Source of the DNA: Parachlamydiales bacterium
GTDB lineage: Bacteria; Chlamydiota; Chlamydiia; Chlamydiales; JAFEGQ01
DNA: 64,000 bases
NCBI GenBank assembly: GCA_050250135.1
Contig: JBFWPF010000001.1
Coordinates: 30,305 to 94,304 of the forward strand
Direction: 5' to 3'
Below the pieces are notes generated by a model that was not told the DNA's origin, made no database searches, and saw only the letters and a program-made list of their open reading frames with translations. Of the stretch, positions 37,754 to 46,240 are shown one piece after another. Position numbers and translations under genes: made by a program. Each line of letters begins with the position of its first letter. The first letter of the stretch is position 1.

Positions 37754-38941
37754 ATGAACAGATGGCTCCTCCTCCTCACATTGGCGACGGTCCCCCTACA
37801 GGCCACCTGCTGCTGGAGCCGCTGGGCCCACCCCTGCTGCGATCCCTGCCCCCCCTGTTGCGGCGGCAGCTTCGAGGTGGGCGGGCAGTGGATCTACCTC
37901 CGCGCCTCCTCATGCGACTTCCCCTTTGTCATCCGAGATGGCAGGGAGTTCGACGCCACCGATGTCGGCATCCCTGAAGTCGTTGCCCGCCTTCCCTACG
38001 GAAAAGGGCGCGGAGTAGCTGTCTACTACCAGTCGGGGTTTCGCGCCTCAGTGGGCTACCTCTCCCAAAGTGGGTGCCAGGATGTAAGGATCGAATACAC
38101 CTACCACCACCCCTCCGACAGTCGGCGCCTCTTTGCCGGGTTCATCGATAGGGGCCTCTGGCCCATCCCCATGCACCCCCGTTACGCCGCCAACGTCAAC
38201 CTTACCGGAACAGGGGCAAACACCTTTGACGGCTTCGAGACCCCCCTCTACTGCTTTCCACCCGCCGTAGAGGGTGACTGCTTCGCGTGGAGCAGCCTTA
38301 ACGTCGACTACGACGCCGTCGACCTGCAGCTAGGGGCGAGAACGGTAGAGAAGTGTACCCTCTCCCTCCGGGGCTACACCGGCCTCCACTACCTCAACCT
38401 CGACCTCCGCCAACGCTACCAATACAGCGCCTTTTCCGCGGGGCTCGATGGGGTCGTCGAGCCCCCTATCCCCATCGTAGCCTCCTTTCAAACCGACCTT
38501 TTGCGAAAGCAAAAGCTCTGGGGAATAGGCCCTCTTCTCGGGGGAGAGGGGCGCCTTCCCCTCTTTCGTGGGGTCGGTATCGGCGGCCATCTGGGAATCG
38601 CCCTCCTAGCTGGAGAGACCTCCACCCGATACGATGAACACGACGTGCGCAACTTTAACTTCGACGGCCCAGTTGGCCTTCCCGACGTCGACGAAGAGGC
38701 AACCCTCTTCACACACAACAGAGGGATTCTCTTCCCCTTGATTAGAGGGAGCTTAGGGGTCAACTACCGCTGGTGCTGCGGCGATTGCCTGACCGTCCTC
38801 GGGGAGGTGGGTTACGAATTTAACAGCTATATCAACTGCGTCGGCCACTTCCAATTCAACGACCAGCGGGGGACCGGCATGGCCCTCTGCGACAGCTATA
38901 ACCTCGACGGATTCTACGTCAGCCTACGGGCGCTGCTCTAA
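37754..38941 (+). CDS. Cys-rich MOMP-like outer-membrane protein, paralog 3
   Basis: It has a signal peptide and the motifs CCDPCPPCCGGSFEVGGQWIYLR, WGIGPLLGGE and YNLDGFYVSLRALL. Confidence 0.75.
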   Translation: MNRWLLLLTLATVPLQATCCWSRWAHPCCDPCPPCCGGSFEVGGQWIYLRASSCDFPFVIRDGREFDATDVGIPEVVARLPYGKGRGVAVYYQSGFRASVGYLSQSGCQDVRIEYTYHHPSDSRRLFAGFIDRGLWPIPMHPRYAANVNLTGTGANTFDGFETPLYCFPPAVEGDCFAWSSLNVDYDAVDLQLGARTVEKCTLSLRGYTGLHYLNLDLRQRYQYSAFSAGLDGVVEPPIPIVASFQTDLLRKQKLWGIGPLLGGEGRLPLFRGVGIGGHLGIALLAGETSTRYDEHDVRNFNFDGPVGLPDVDEEATLFTHNRGILFPLIRGSLGVNYRWCCGDCLTVLGEVGYEFNSYINCVGHFQFNDQRGTGMALCDSYNLDGFYVSLRALL

Positions 38942-39047
38942 CCCAGTAGCGTTCTCCCATATACAAAAAAAAACTCCCTCTTCTAGAGTGAGGCCATAGC
39001 CTGCGGCATGTGGGCTATAGCTTCCTCAACTTTTGGAGTGTACGAAA

Positions 39048-40310
39048 ATGAAACGTTTTGTGTTTGGGCTTGCTTTGATGGGTGTAGGCACCCTGGCAAG
39101 TCTCCAGGCAAGCAGCTACAATAACTGTGGCTCTTGCTGCAACCCCTGCTGCGACCCCTGCCCCTCATGGTGCTGTGGGAGCTTCGAGGTAGGGGGACAG
39201 TGGATCTACCTTAGACCCACCTCCTGTGACTTTGATTTCGTCATTAAAGACCCTCGGACGCTAGATACCAGCGTAATCGTGGACTCTGTCACCCCCACCA
39301 ACTGGCTCGGCTTCCTTCCCCAAGGGAAGAGCCACGGGATCGACCCTGACTATGAGTCGGGCTTCCGGGTATCGCTCGGCTACATCATGGACTGCAGCTG
39401 CTATGATGTACGCGTAGAGTACACCTATCTCCACCCCTGTGACCGCTCAAGGGTCTATGGAGATGCCCTGACCAATGGGCTGTGGCCAACCTACATGCAC
39501 CCTCGGTATTCTCAGAATCTCGAGTTTGTAACGGTTGACGGCAACAATACCCTAACCACCTTTGAGACCCCGATTTTCAGCGGGACACCTAGCATTACCG
39601 ATGCTGAGGCTGTTGATGCCTTTGCTTGGTCGAGCGTTAAGTTCGACTACGATGCAGTTGACCTCCAGTTCGGAAGCCGTGGCTATAAGAGCAACTGCCT
39701 CTGGCTGAGAACCTATGCGGGTCTCCACTTCATGAACCTCGACCACCGCCACAAGGCCCACTATCGTGGCGTCTTCTGGGGAGTCGACAACTTCGATGAC
39801 GGGGACACGACCGATGCCTTCAACGTTGCTGGCCTCTTTGACACCTTCGTCAAGTGGACCAAAAACACTTGGGGTATCGGACCCTTGTTCGGCCTTGACG
39901 CCCGTTATGAAGTCGCTTGCGGCTTCGGGATCGGCGGCCACTTTGGCGCCGCTATCCTAGCCGGTGAGACCGACGGGAAAATGTTCGAGCATGACACCCG
40001 TAACTTCTCCGATGGCCAAGGGATCCTCAACCGAGGTGACTTCTCCGGCTTTGACATCGACGAGACCCTCGATGTTCGCCATGACCACAGAAACCTCCTC
40101 TTCCCCTACCTAAGGGCGAGTCTGGGGGTCAACTACCTCTGGTGCTGTGGCGACTGCCTCAAAGTGCTGGTGGAGGTGGGTTATGAGTTCAACAGCTACA
40201 TCAACACGATCGGCCAGTTCCGATTCAATGATGAGCGGGGAACCGGCATGGCCAACTGCTATAGCTTCAACCTTGACGGCATCTACGTCAGCGTGAGAGC
40301 GACCATCTAA
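39048..40310 (+). CDS. Cys-rich MOMP-like outer-membrane protein, paralog 4 (near-duplicate of paralog 2)
   Basis: The ATG at 39048 follows a GGAG (the track's TTG is at 39033). The protein is almost identical to 36386-37642 outside four short patches. Confidence 0.75.
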   Translation: MKRFVFGLALMGVGTLASLQASSYNNCGSCCNPCCDPCPSWCCGSFEVGGQWIYLRPTSCDFDFVIKDPRTLDTSVIVDSVTPTNWLGFLPQGKSHGIDPDYESGFRVSLGYIMDCSCYDVRVEYTYLHPCDRSRVYGDALTNGLWPTYMHPRYSQNLEFVTVDGNNTLTTFETPIFSGTPSITDAEAVDAFAWSSVKFDYDAVDLQFGSRGYKSNCLWLRTYAGLHFMNLDHRHKAHYRGVFWGVDNFDDGDTTDAFNVAGLFDTFVKWTKNTWGIGPLFGLDARYEVACGFGIGGHFGAAILAGETDGKMFEHDTRNFSDGQGILNRGDFSGFDIDETLDVRHDHRNLLFPYLRASLGVNYLWCCGDCLKVLVEVGYEFNSYINTIGQFRFNDERGTGMANCYSFNLDGIYVSVRATI

Positions 40311-40335
40311 TCGACTCACCCGAGTCGGTAGAGAG

Positions 40336-40369
40336 GGCGCCGGAGGGAGACCTCCGGCGCCTTTTTTTT
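40336..40369 (+). terminator. intrinsic terminator
   Basis: GGCGCCGGAGG-GAGA-CCTCCGGCGCC followed by T8. It duplicates the terminator at 37668. Confidence 0.85.
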
Positions 40370-40489
40370 GCCCCCTACCTATACAAAAATCGGCTCCCTC
40401 TCTACGGTGCAAAATTAACTTATATTAGTTCCCTCTGAACCCAAGGCCGGAGACAAGAGGGCGGGTGCTAAAAAGAATAGGAGAGGCGG

Positions 40490-41767
40490 ATGAAACGGCT
40501 ATTGATGATAGGGGTGGTACTCACCATAGGGATCCTCTCAGCTCTTGAAGCGAGGGGATGTGGGAACTGTTGCGACCTTTGCAAGGCGCTGCCCAACCTC
40601 TGTTGTGGGCAGGTGGAGGCTGGGGGGCAGTGGATCTACCTGAGACCCTCTTCGTGCGAATTCGATTTTGCGATCAAAGACCCCCGTCCGCTCCGCCAGG
40701 CCCCCTCTCCGACCGATAGCAACTTCGTCCAATCGGTTACCGACTACGCGGGCTATCTCCCTACAGGGCAAAGTTACGACATCGACCCCGATTTCCGCTC
40801 AGGCTTTAGAATCTCCGCTGCCTATGTCTCCCCCTGCCACTGCTATGACATCCGCGTCGAATACACATGGCACCATGCCCGCAATAGAGCCAATATCGGG
40901 GGAGGCTGCAACAACTCGGGAATCTGGCCCTCGTTAATGTCCCCGGCGCATACCCAAAACTATAACCTCGTCGAGAGTGCCGGTGGGACGATGACCGATA
41001 CCCTTAGCGGATTTCAGACCCCCCTCTTCTGCTGGACCCCCGCTATCAGCAATGCCGAGTTTACCGATGCCTGTGCTTCCTCCTGGGTCCAGCACGATTA
41101 CGACGCCATTGACCTCCAATTGGCAAGCCGCACGACTCGGGGGTGTAACTGCAACCTCTGGATCAGAACCTACCTGGGGCTCCACTACATGAACCTGGAT
41201 CAGAAGCAGGTGGTCGACTACCACGGTGTCTTCTTCGGAAACGATGTGAGGAGGGATGGCGCTACGATCCTTGCGACAAGTGCTGTGGGAGGCTACTTCG
41301 ACACCTACGTCTGCACAAACAGCAATACCTGGGGCATTGGCCCCCTATTTGGAGTCGACTCCCGCTATCACATCGGGTGTGGGATTGGGATTGGGGTCCA
41401 TGTCGGCGCCGCTGTCCTTGCCGGCGACAGCCACGGCAAATGGTACGAAAACGATACTCGACGATTCCCCAACGGGAACGTTGCTCAAACAGGCAACTTC
41501 TCCGATGCTAATGTGAAGGAGAGGCTTGACGTTCGAGCTAAGGATAGATCGGTCCTGTTTCCCTATATCAGGGGGAGTCTTGGACTGAATTACCTCTGCC
41601 GTTGGCATAACTGTGCCCTCATCCTGTTTGAGGTTGGCTATGAGTTTAACAGCTACATCAACGCCGTTGGTCAATTCCGATTCAACGATCAGCGGGGAAC
41701 GGGTAGCGCATCGTGCCAAAACTACAACCTCGATGGGATCTACATCTCGGTAAGGGCTACGGTCTGA
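40490..41767 (+). CDS. Cys-rich MOMP-like outer-membrane protein, paralog 5
   Basis: AGGAGAGG lies upstream. It has a signal peptide and the motifs CCGQVEAGGQWIYLRP, WGIGPLFGVD and YNLDGIYISVRATV. Confidence 0.75.
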   Translation: MKRLLMIGVVLTIGILSALEARGCGNCCDLCKALPNLCCGQVEAGGQWIYLRPSSCEFDFAIKDPRPLRQAPSPTDSNFVQSVTDYAGYLPTGQSYDIDPDFRSGFRISAAYVSPCHCYDIRVEYTWHHARNRANIGGGCNNSGIWPSLMSPAHTQNYNLVESAGGTMTDTLSGFQTPLFCWTPAISNAEFTDACASSWVQHDYDAIDLQLASRTTRGCNCNLWIRTYLGLHYMNLDQKQVVDYHGVFFGNDVRRDGATILATSAVGGYFDTYVCTNSNTWGIGPLFGVDSRYHIGCGIGIGVHVGAAVLAGDSHGKWYENDTRRFPNGNVAQTGNFSDANVKERLDVRAKDRSVLFPYIRGSLGLNYLCRWHNCALILFEVGYEFNSYINAVGQFRFNDQRGTGSASCQNYNLDGIYISVRATV

Positions 41768-41768
41768 G

Positions 41769-41808
41769 CTTTCCAAAGAAAGGGTGCCCTGGGTAAACTT
41801 GTGGCACC
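41769..41808 (+). promoter_or_regulatory. conserved 40-nt leader/promoter block (copy 2)
   Basis: CTTTCCAAAGAAAGGG..GTAAACTTGTGGCACC starts 2 nt after the stop of paralog 5. Confidence 0.4.
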
Positions 41809-42852
41809 ATGAACAAATGGCTCCTCTTCCTTACATTGGCGCTGGTCCCCCTGGCGGCTCAGCCCTTCTCCTGCGGCAAAATCGAGGTGGGCGGCAGCGC
41901 CCTCTACCTCAGGCCCACCGGCTGTGAGTTCCCTTACGCCATTACCGATGGGCGCCCCTTTGTCGATTGGCAGCGGGATGATGCCCGCCTCCCACAGGGC
42001 AACCACCGGGAAATTGATCCCGATTATGCCTGGGGCTTTCGGGTGCTCCTCGGTTACCAGTGGGATTGCTCTGACCTGCGCCTCCTCTATAGCCGGCTCC
42101 ACTCCGAAGACACAGGAGAGCAGAGCGCCCCCTTCTGGCCCTCACTAGCCCACCCCCTTTACCAAGGGCTCGTCAGCAGCGCCGCTGGGACGTTCGCCCA
42201 AAGCCCTCTCTTTCCTGAGGGGAGGGTAAGATCCCGGGTCGACTTTGAGTACGATGCAATCGACCTCGAATATGCCCAGCGGAGCTGCCGAGGGCAGTGC
42301 CTGAAGCTGAGGAGCTACATCGGCCTCCACTTGGCCGACATCCTCCTCCGTTTCCGAGCCGATTACAGTGGGGTGCTAGGGCCCGACGATCCGATCACGG
42401 CCACCGCCACCACCTCCACCCGCTGTAAACAATGCAGCTGGGGGATCGGGCCGATCGTCGGCACCGAAGGGCGGTATGGGATCGGGCGGGGCTTTGAGCT
42501 GGTCGGCAAAGGGGCTTTAGGGGTTCTGGCGGGAAAGCGGGATGGGAATATCTTCTCGCAGGATGTCCGAGAATGGATGGGGATGGATGCCCCCGAAGAT
42601 GTCAATGCGATGCTCCTCTTCCACATGGAGGAGCGCAACATCGTCGTTCCCGTGATCCGGGTCGCCTTCGGGATCGATTACCCCTTCTGTCTCTGCCGAC
42701 TTCCTGGGGTATTGGAGCTGGCCTATGAGTATTCCACCTATATTAACGCCCTCCAGATCCTCCACTTTAACGACCGGCGAGGTACAAGCGTTGCCGAATG
42801 CCAGAGCTTTAACCTAAATGGGCTCACCCTCTCCCTCCGGGTGATTCTTTAG
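41809..42852 (+). CDS. MOMP-like outer-membrane protein, paralog 6
   Basis: Its signal peptide MNKWLLFLTLALVPLAA resembles that of paralog 3. Motifs are IEVGGSALYLRP, WGIGPIVGTE and FNLNGLTLSLRVIL. Confidence 0.7.
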   Translation: MNKWLLFLTLALVPLAAQPFSCGKIEVGGSALYLRPTGCEFPYAITDGRPFVDWQRDDARLPQGNHREIDPDYAWGFRVLLGYQWDCSDLRLLYSRLHSEDTGEQSAPFWPSLAHPLYQGLVSSAAGTFAQSPLFPEGRVRSRVDFEYDAIDLEYAQRSCRGQCLKLRSYIGLHLADILLRFRADYSGVLGPDDPITATATTSTRCKQCSWGIGPIVGTEGRYGIGRGFELVGKGALGVLAGKRDGNIFSQDVREWMGMDAPEDVNAMLLFHMEERNIVVPVIRVAFGIDYPFCLCRLPGVLELAYEYSTYINALQILHFNDRRGTSVAECQSFNLNGLTLSLRVIL

Positions 42853-42896
42853 GATCGTGGCCAATTAATCTGGGCTGCTTTACCTTGTAGGGGAAT

Positions 42897-43058
42897 CGTA
42901 AGTGTTTAGCTCCTGTAGACGCATACCGCGATGTGCGGGCCTGGCAGATGCGAGTGGAGCGACGACCCAAGAGCCATGCGCCCTGGGGGAGGAGCTCCGC
43001 GAAGCAGATGTCGGGTCCCCACACGCGGAATGCGGCTCAAAGGAGCTAAATGCTTACG
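42897..43058 (+). repeat. long imperfect palindrome / extended hairpin (element C)
   Basis: CGTAAGTGTTTAGCTCCT... (from 42897) pairs with ...AGGAGCTAAATGCTTACG (to 43058), and imperfect pairing continues toward an apex near 42977. Most transition mismatches are G-U compatible on the plus strand. Confidence 0.65.
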
Positions 43059-43081
43059 GACAATCGATTTCAGGATTTGGG

Positions 43082-44176
43082 ATGAAGCGCTGGCTACTGG
43101 GACTACTATTGATTGGCACCGCCGCTGGGGTGGAGGGGCAACGGACAAGCTATAACCTCTGCTACGACCCGTGCGCCTACTGGGCCTGCGGCGGCTTTGA
43201 GATCGGAGTCGAAGCGCTTTACCTCAAGCCCACCTCGTGCGACTACGAGTACGCAATCCTCGATCCTCGCCCTTTCAATGCGGTCGAAACACCCACCGAC
43301 CTTCCCCAGGGGAAGCAAAGGGGCATCCGCCCTTGCTACAACTGGGGATTTCGGGTCTCGGCAGCCTACCTCTCGAGCCTCCAGTGTGAAGATGTCACCG
43401 CCCAATACACTCGATTCCACAACGGCAACTCGGCCGACGTCAACCCGGGGCTAGGGGGGCTCTGGCCTACCCTGGGTCACCCCCGCTATATGGTCGAGAC
43501 CCCCCTTTTCACGGGGGTTGAGGCTGATGAGATCGCAGCTGAGGCCGATGCTAAAATCCACTTCGACTACGACGCGGCCGACATCGAATATGGGTCGCGG
43601 GCCCTCGTGTCGAGGCGGCGGTGTGTCTGGCTCCGCACTTTTTACGGCCTCCACTATGCGTGGATCGACCACCGGTTCAACGTGGCCTACCAGGGAACTT
43701 TGATGCCGGGGGCAGCCGATGCGCAGCGATTCTCGACAACGGTCGAATGGAGGCGAAAGAGCTGGGGAATCGGCCCCCGCGTCGGGTTTGATGGGCGGTG
43801 GGAATCCCCTTGCGGGGTAGGGCTATGTGGCCACATCGCCTTTGCCGCCCTCGGAGGCGAGGCCCGCGACCGGGCCTTTTCTCAAGTGGATATCGTTCCC
43901 GTTGGGGGGGTACCCGAACCGATCAACGAGACCCTCTCGGTCCGCTTTTGCCACCGCCATCAGCTCTTCCCCTATGTCGACGCACGGCTCGGGGTCGACT
44001 ACCTCCTCTGCCGGGGACGGGGCTACCAGATCCTCTTCGAGGTAAGCTACGAGTTTCACGCCTACATCAACACCCTCCGCCACTATCGCTTTAACGATGA
44101 GCGGGGGACCGGGGCGGCCAACTGCACCAACTTCAACCTCGACGGTTTCTCCCTAAGCCTCAACATCCGGCTCTAA
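43082..44176 (+). CDS. MOMP-like outer-membrane protein, paralog 7
   Basis: The ATG at 43082 gives the signal peptide MKRWLLGLLLIGTAAG. The track's GTG at 42902 would read through hairpin C. Motifs are CYDPCAYWACGGFEIGVEALYLKP and WGIGPRVGFD. Confidence 0.7.
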   Translation: MKRWLLGLLLIGTAAGVEGQRTSYNLCYDPCAYWACGGFEIGVEALYLKPTSCDYEYAILDPRPFNAVETPTDLPQGKQRGIRPCYNWGFRVSAAYLSSLQCEDVTAQYTRFHNGNSADVNPGLGGLWPTLGHPRYMVETPLFTGVEADEIAAEADAKIHFDYDAADIEYGSRALVSRRRCVWLRTFYGLHYAWIDHRFNVAYQGTLMPGAADAQRFSTTVEWRRKSWGIGPRVGFDGRWESPCGVGLCGHIAFAALGGEARDRAFSQVDIVPVGGVPEPINETLSVRFCHRHQLFPYVDARLGVDYLLCRGRGYQILFEVSYEFHAYINTLRHYRFNDERGTGAANCTNFNLDGFSLSLNIRL

Positions 44177-44177
44177 G

Positions 44178-45170
44178 ATGCGCAAGGCAGTCGCAGCCCT
44201 CCTCCTCCCCATTGCCCTAGCGGCAAACGGCTTCACCTGTGAAGACCTCTGCGGTTTCGGGAGGTTGGAGGTAGGGGCGGGGCTAATCGCTCTTCGCCCC
44301 TCCACTTGGTCCCTCGGCTATGCGATTGAGGACGCAGGGGTCACAAGCCTGCCCCAAGGGACGATGCGTACCCTCCACCCCGAGCTCGAGATCGGCCTGC
44401 GCGCCTCCATCGGCTATGGGGCCAGAGGGGGGTGCATCGATGCTCGGGTCGAGTACACCTACCTCCACTCTCGAGATCTCAACGGCTCCCGCTCAGACGG
44501 GACACTGTGGCAGGTGCTGATCCACCCCACCCCCTTCTCTCCCCTCACCAACATCCCGATTCCCGCCGATATCCATATCCGGTCAAAGTTCGACTACGAT
44601 GGGGTCGACCTTCAACTCGCTACCCGATACATGAGAGGGCGGTGCCTCCACCTCCGCTCCTACTGCGGCGCCCACTACGTCAACCTCGACCACAAACTCG
44701 CCCAGGATATCGAAGGGGGGACCCCCGATCATTTCGAGCTCTCCCAGTTCTGGAGCGATCGCCGCTGCAGCTGGGGGATCGGCCCCCTCTTTGGCACCGA
44801 CTTCAACTGGCGCTTCCACCGCTCCCTTGGGATCACCGGCCGCATCGATGTCGCCTTAGTGTCGGGTGTGACCCGCTGGAAACGGGTTGAGTTGACCGAG
44901 ATTCCCTCCCTCTTCATCGATGAACGGCTGGACGTAGCTGCCAACCACATCCCTCACCTAACCCCTTACTTCCGGGCAAGCATCGGCGCCATCTACTGCG
45001 TCTACGTCCCCTGGGCCTACCAGCTCACCGTCGAGGCCTCCTACGAATTTCGCTCCTACCTCGAGGGGCTGAACCTTTTCCGCTTTAACGACGAGCGGGC
45101 AACGGGGAGCAACTACTGCCTCCCCTTTAACCTAGACGGCCCTGTTTTGATGGTCCGCCTCGTGATTTAA
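44178..45170 (+). CDS. MOMP-like outer-membrane protein, paralog 8
   Basis: It starts 1 nt after the previous stop. Motifs are LEVGAGLIALRP, WGIGPLFGTD and FNLDGPVLMVRLVI. Confidence 0.7.
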   Translation: MRKAVAALLLPIALAANGFTCEDLCGFGRLEVGAGLIALRPSTWSLGYAIEDAGVTSLPQGTMRTLHPELEIGLRASIGYGARGGCIDARVEYTYLHSRDLNGSRSDGTLWQVLIHPTPFSPLTNIPIPADIHIRSKFDYDGVDLQLATRYMRGRCLHLRSYCGAHYVNLDHKLAQDIEGGTPDHFELSQFWSDRRCSWGIGPLFGTDFNWRFHRSLGITGRIDVALVSGVTRWKRVELTEIPSLFIDERLDVAANHIPHLTPYFRASIGAIYCVYVPWAYQLTVEASYEFRSYLEGLNLFRFNDERATGSNYCLPFNLDGPVLMVRLVI

Positions 45171-45197
45171 ATGGCTCCAATCTTTTACTTTTAGACC

Positions 45198-46232
45198 ATG
45201 ATCCGTTGGCTCTTTCTCCTCTTCGCTGCCCCATTGTGTGCTCTGCCTGAAACGATGTGCCATCCCGAGATCATGGTTGAAGGGCTCTACCTCCACCCCA
45301 CCGCATGCGATCTTGACTTTGTGATCCAAGACAGCCGCCCCTTCAACCCGGCCACCACCCCCCTTGACCTCCCGCAAGGGGACTCCCACAACATCCGCCC
45401 CGATTTCAATGGGGGGGTCCGACTCGCCCTCGGCTACTTTATCAACTGTTGGCAACTCCGCCTCGTCTACACCTACCTCTCGACCCTCGAGCGGCGCACC
45501 TTTATCCCAATGGAGGGGGAGGGGCAATGGCCTGTTGCTGTCCACCCCCGCTACACCGACGGCACCCCCCTCTTCCCCCCCCTTGCTGCCACCGAAATCG
45601 CCCCCCTCACGTTCGCCAAGGGGACGAGCCACTACCAGACCTTCCAGCTCGAGTGGGGGCGCGATTTTGCCCCCAAATGCCGCCTCTACCTCCGCTCCTA
45701 TGGCGCGCTCCAACTCGCCTACATCGGAAACGCCCTTGAGGCCTTCTACCGGGGGACCGAAAGGCCCGGTGAAGCCGATGCCAGCCGCTACCAGTCGAAA
45801 TCGAACTGGAACCGGTGGTGCTGGGGGGCCGGCCCCCTCTTTGGCACCACCCTCCGCTACACCCTCGGCTACAACTTCGGCGTCGGCGCCCTCCTCCAAA
45901 TGGGGGTAATGGCGGGTCAGACCCACGGCGACATCAAGCAGTGGATCGAGATCGAGGCGACCGACGGGACACCCCAAGTGACGGAGCATCTCGATGTCTT
46001 CCGCCGCTACCGCCTCCTGATCTTTCCCTTCTTTGAAGGAAAGATCGGGATCAACTATCTCTGGTGCTGTGGGGACTGCTTCACGATGCTGATCGAGCTC
46101 GGCTACGGCTTTCTCAGCTACATCAATAGCGTGGAGCGGTTTACCTTTAACGACCAGAGGGGAACAGGGATGAGCAGCTGCTACAGCTTTGGGCTCGACG
46201 GGGTCTACCTCCAATTCAAACTGCAACTATAG
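45198..46232 (+). CDS. MOMP-like outer-membrane protein, paralog 9
   Basis: It has a signal peptide and the motifs WGAGPLFGTT, LWCCGDC and FGLDGVYLQFKLQL. Confidence 0.7.
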   Translation: MIRWLFLLFAAPLCALPETMCHPEIMVEGLYLHPTACDLDFVIQDSRPFNPATTPLDLPQGDSHNIRPDFNGGVRLALGYFINCWQLRLVYTYLSTLERRTFIPMEGEGQWPVAVHPRYTDGTPLFPPLAATEIAPLTFAKGTSHYQTFQLEWGRDFAPKCRLYLRSYGALQLAYIGNALEAFYRGTERPGEADASRYQSKSNWNRWCWGAGPLFGTTLRYTLGYNFGVGALLQMGVMAGQTHGDIKQWIEIEATDGTPQVTEHLDVFRRYRLLIFPFFEGKIGINYLWCCGDCFTMLIELGYGFLSYINSVERFTFNDQRGTGMSSCYSFGLDGVYLQFKLQL

Positions 46233-46240
46233 GGATTATC

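Noticed and set aside
42902-43081. A GTG-initiated 60-aa N-terminal extension of porin paralog 7.
   Set aside because: The extension reads through the palindromic element C and precedes a perfect signal peptide that starts at the ATG at 43082. All paralogs begin with the signal peptide.
45132-46226. A 364-aa ORF lies antisense to porin paralog 9 and spans almost the whole gene.
   Set aside because: It lies exactly opposite a gene with a signal peptide and strong family motifs. Its sequence is low-complexity (Gly/Ala/Pro/Glu-rich) with no start context. Long antisense ORFs are expected in GC-rich, codon-biased DNA.
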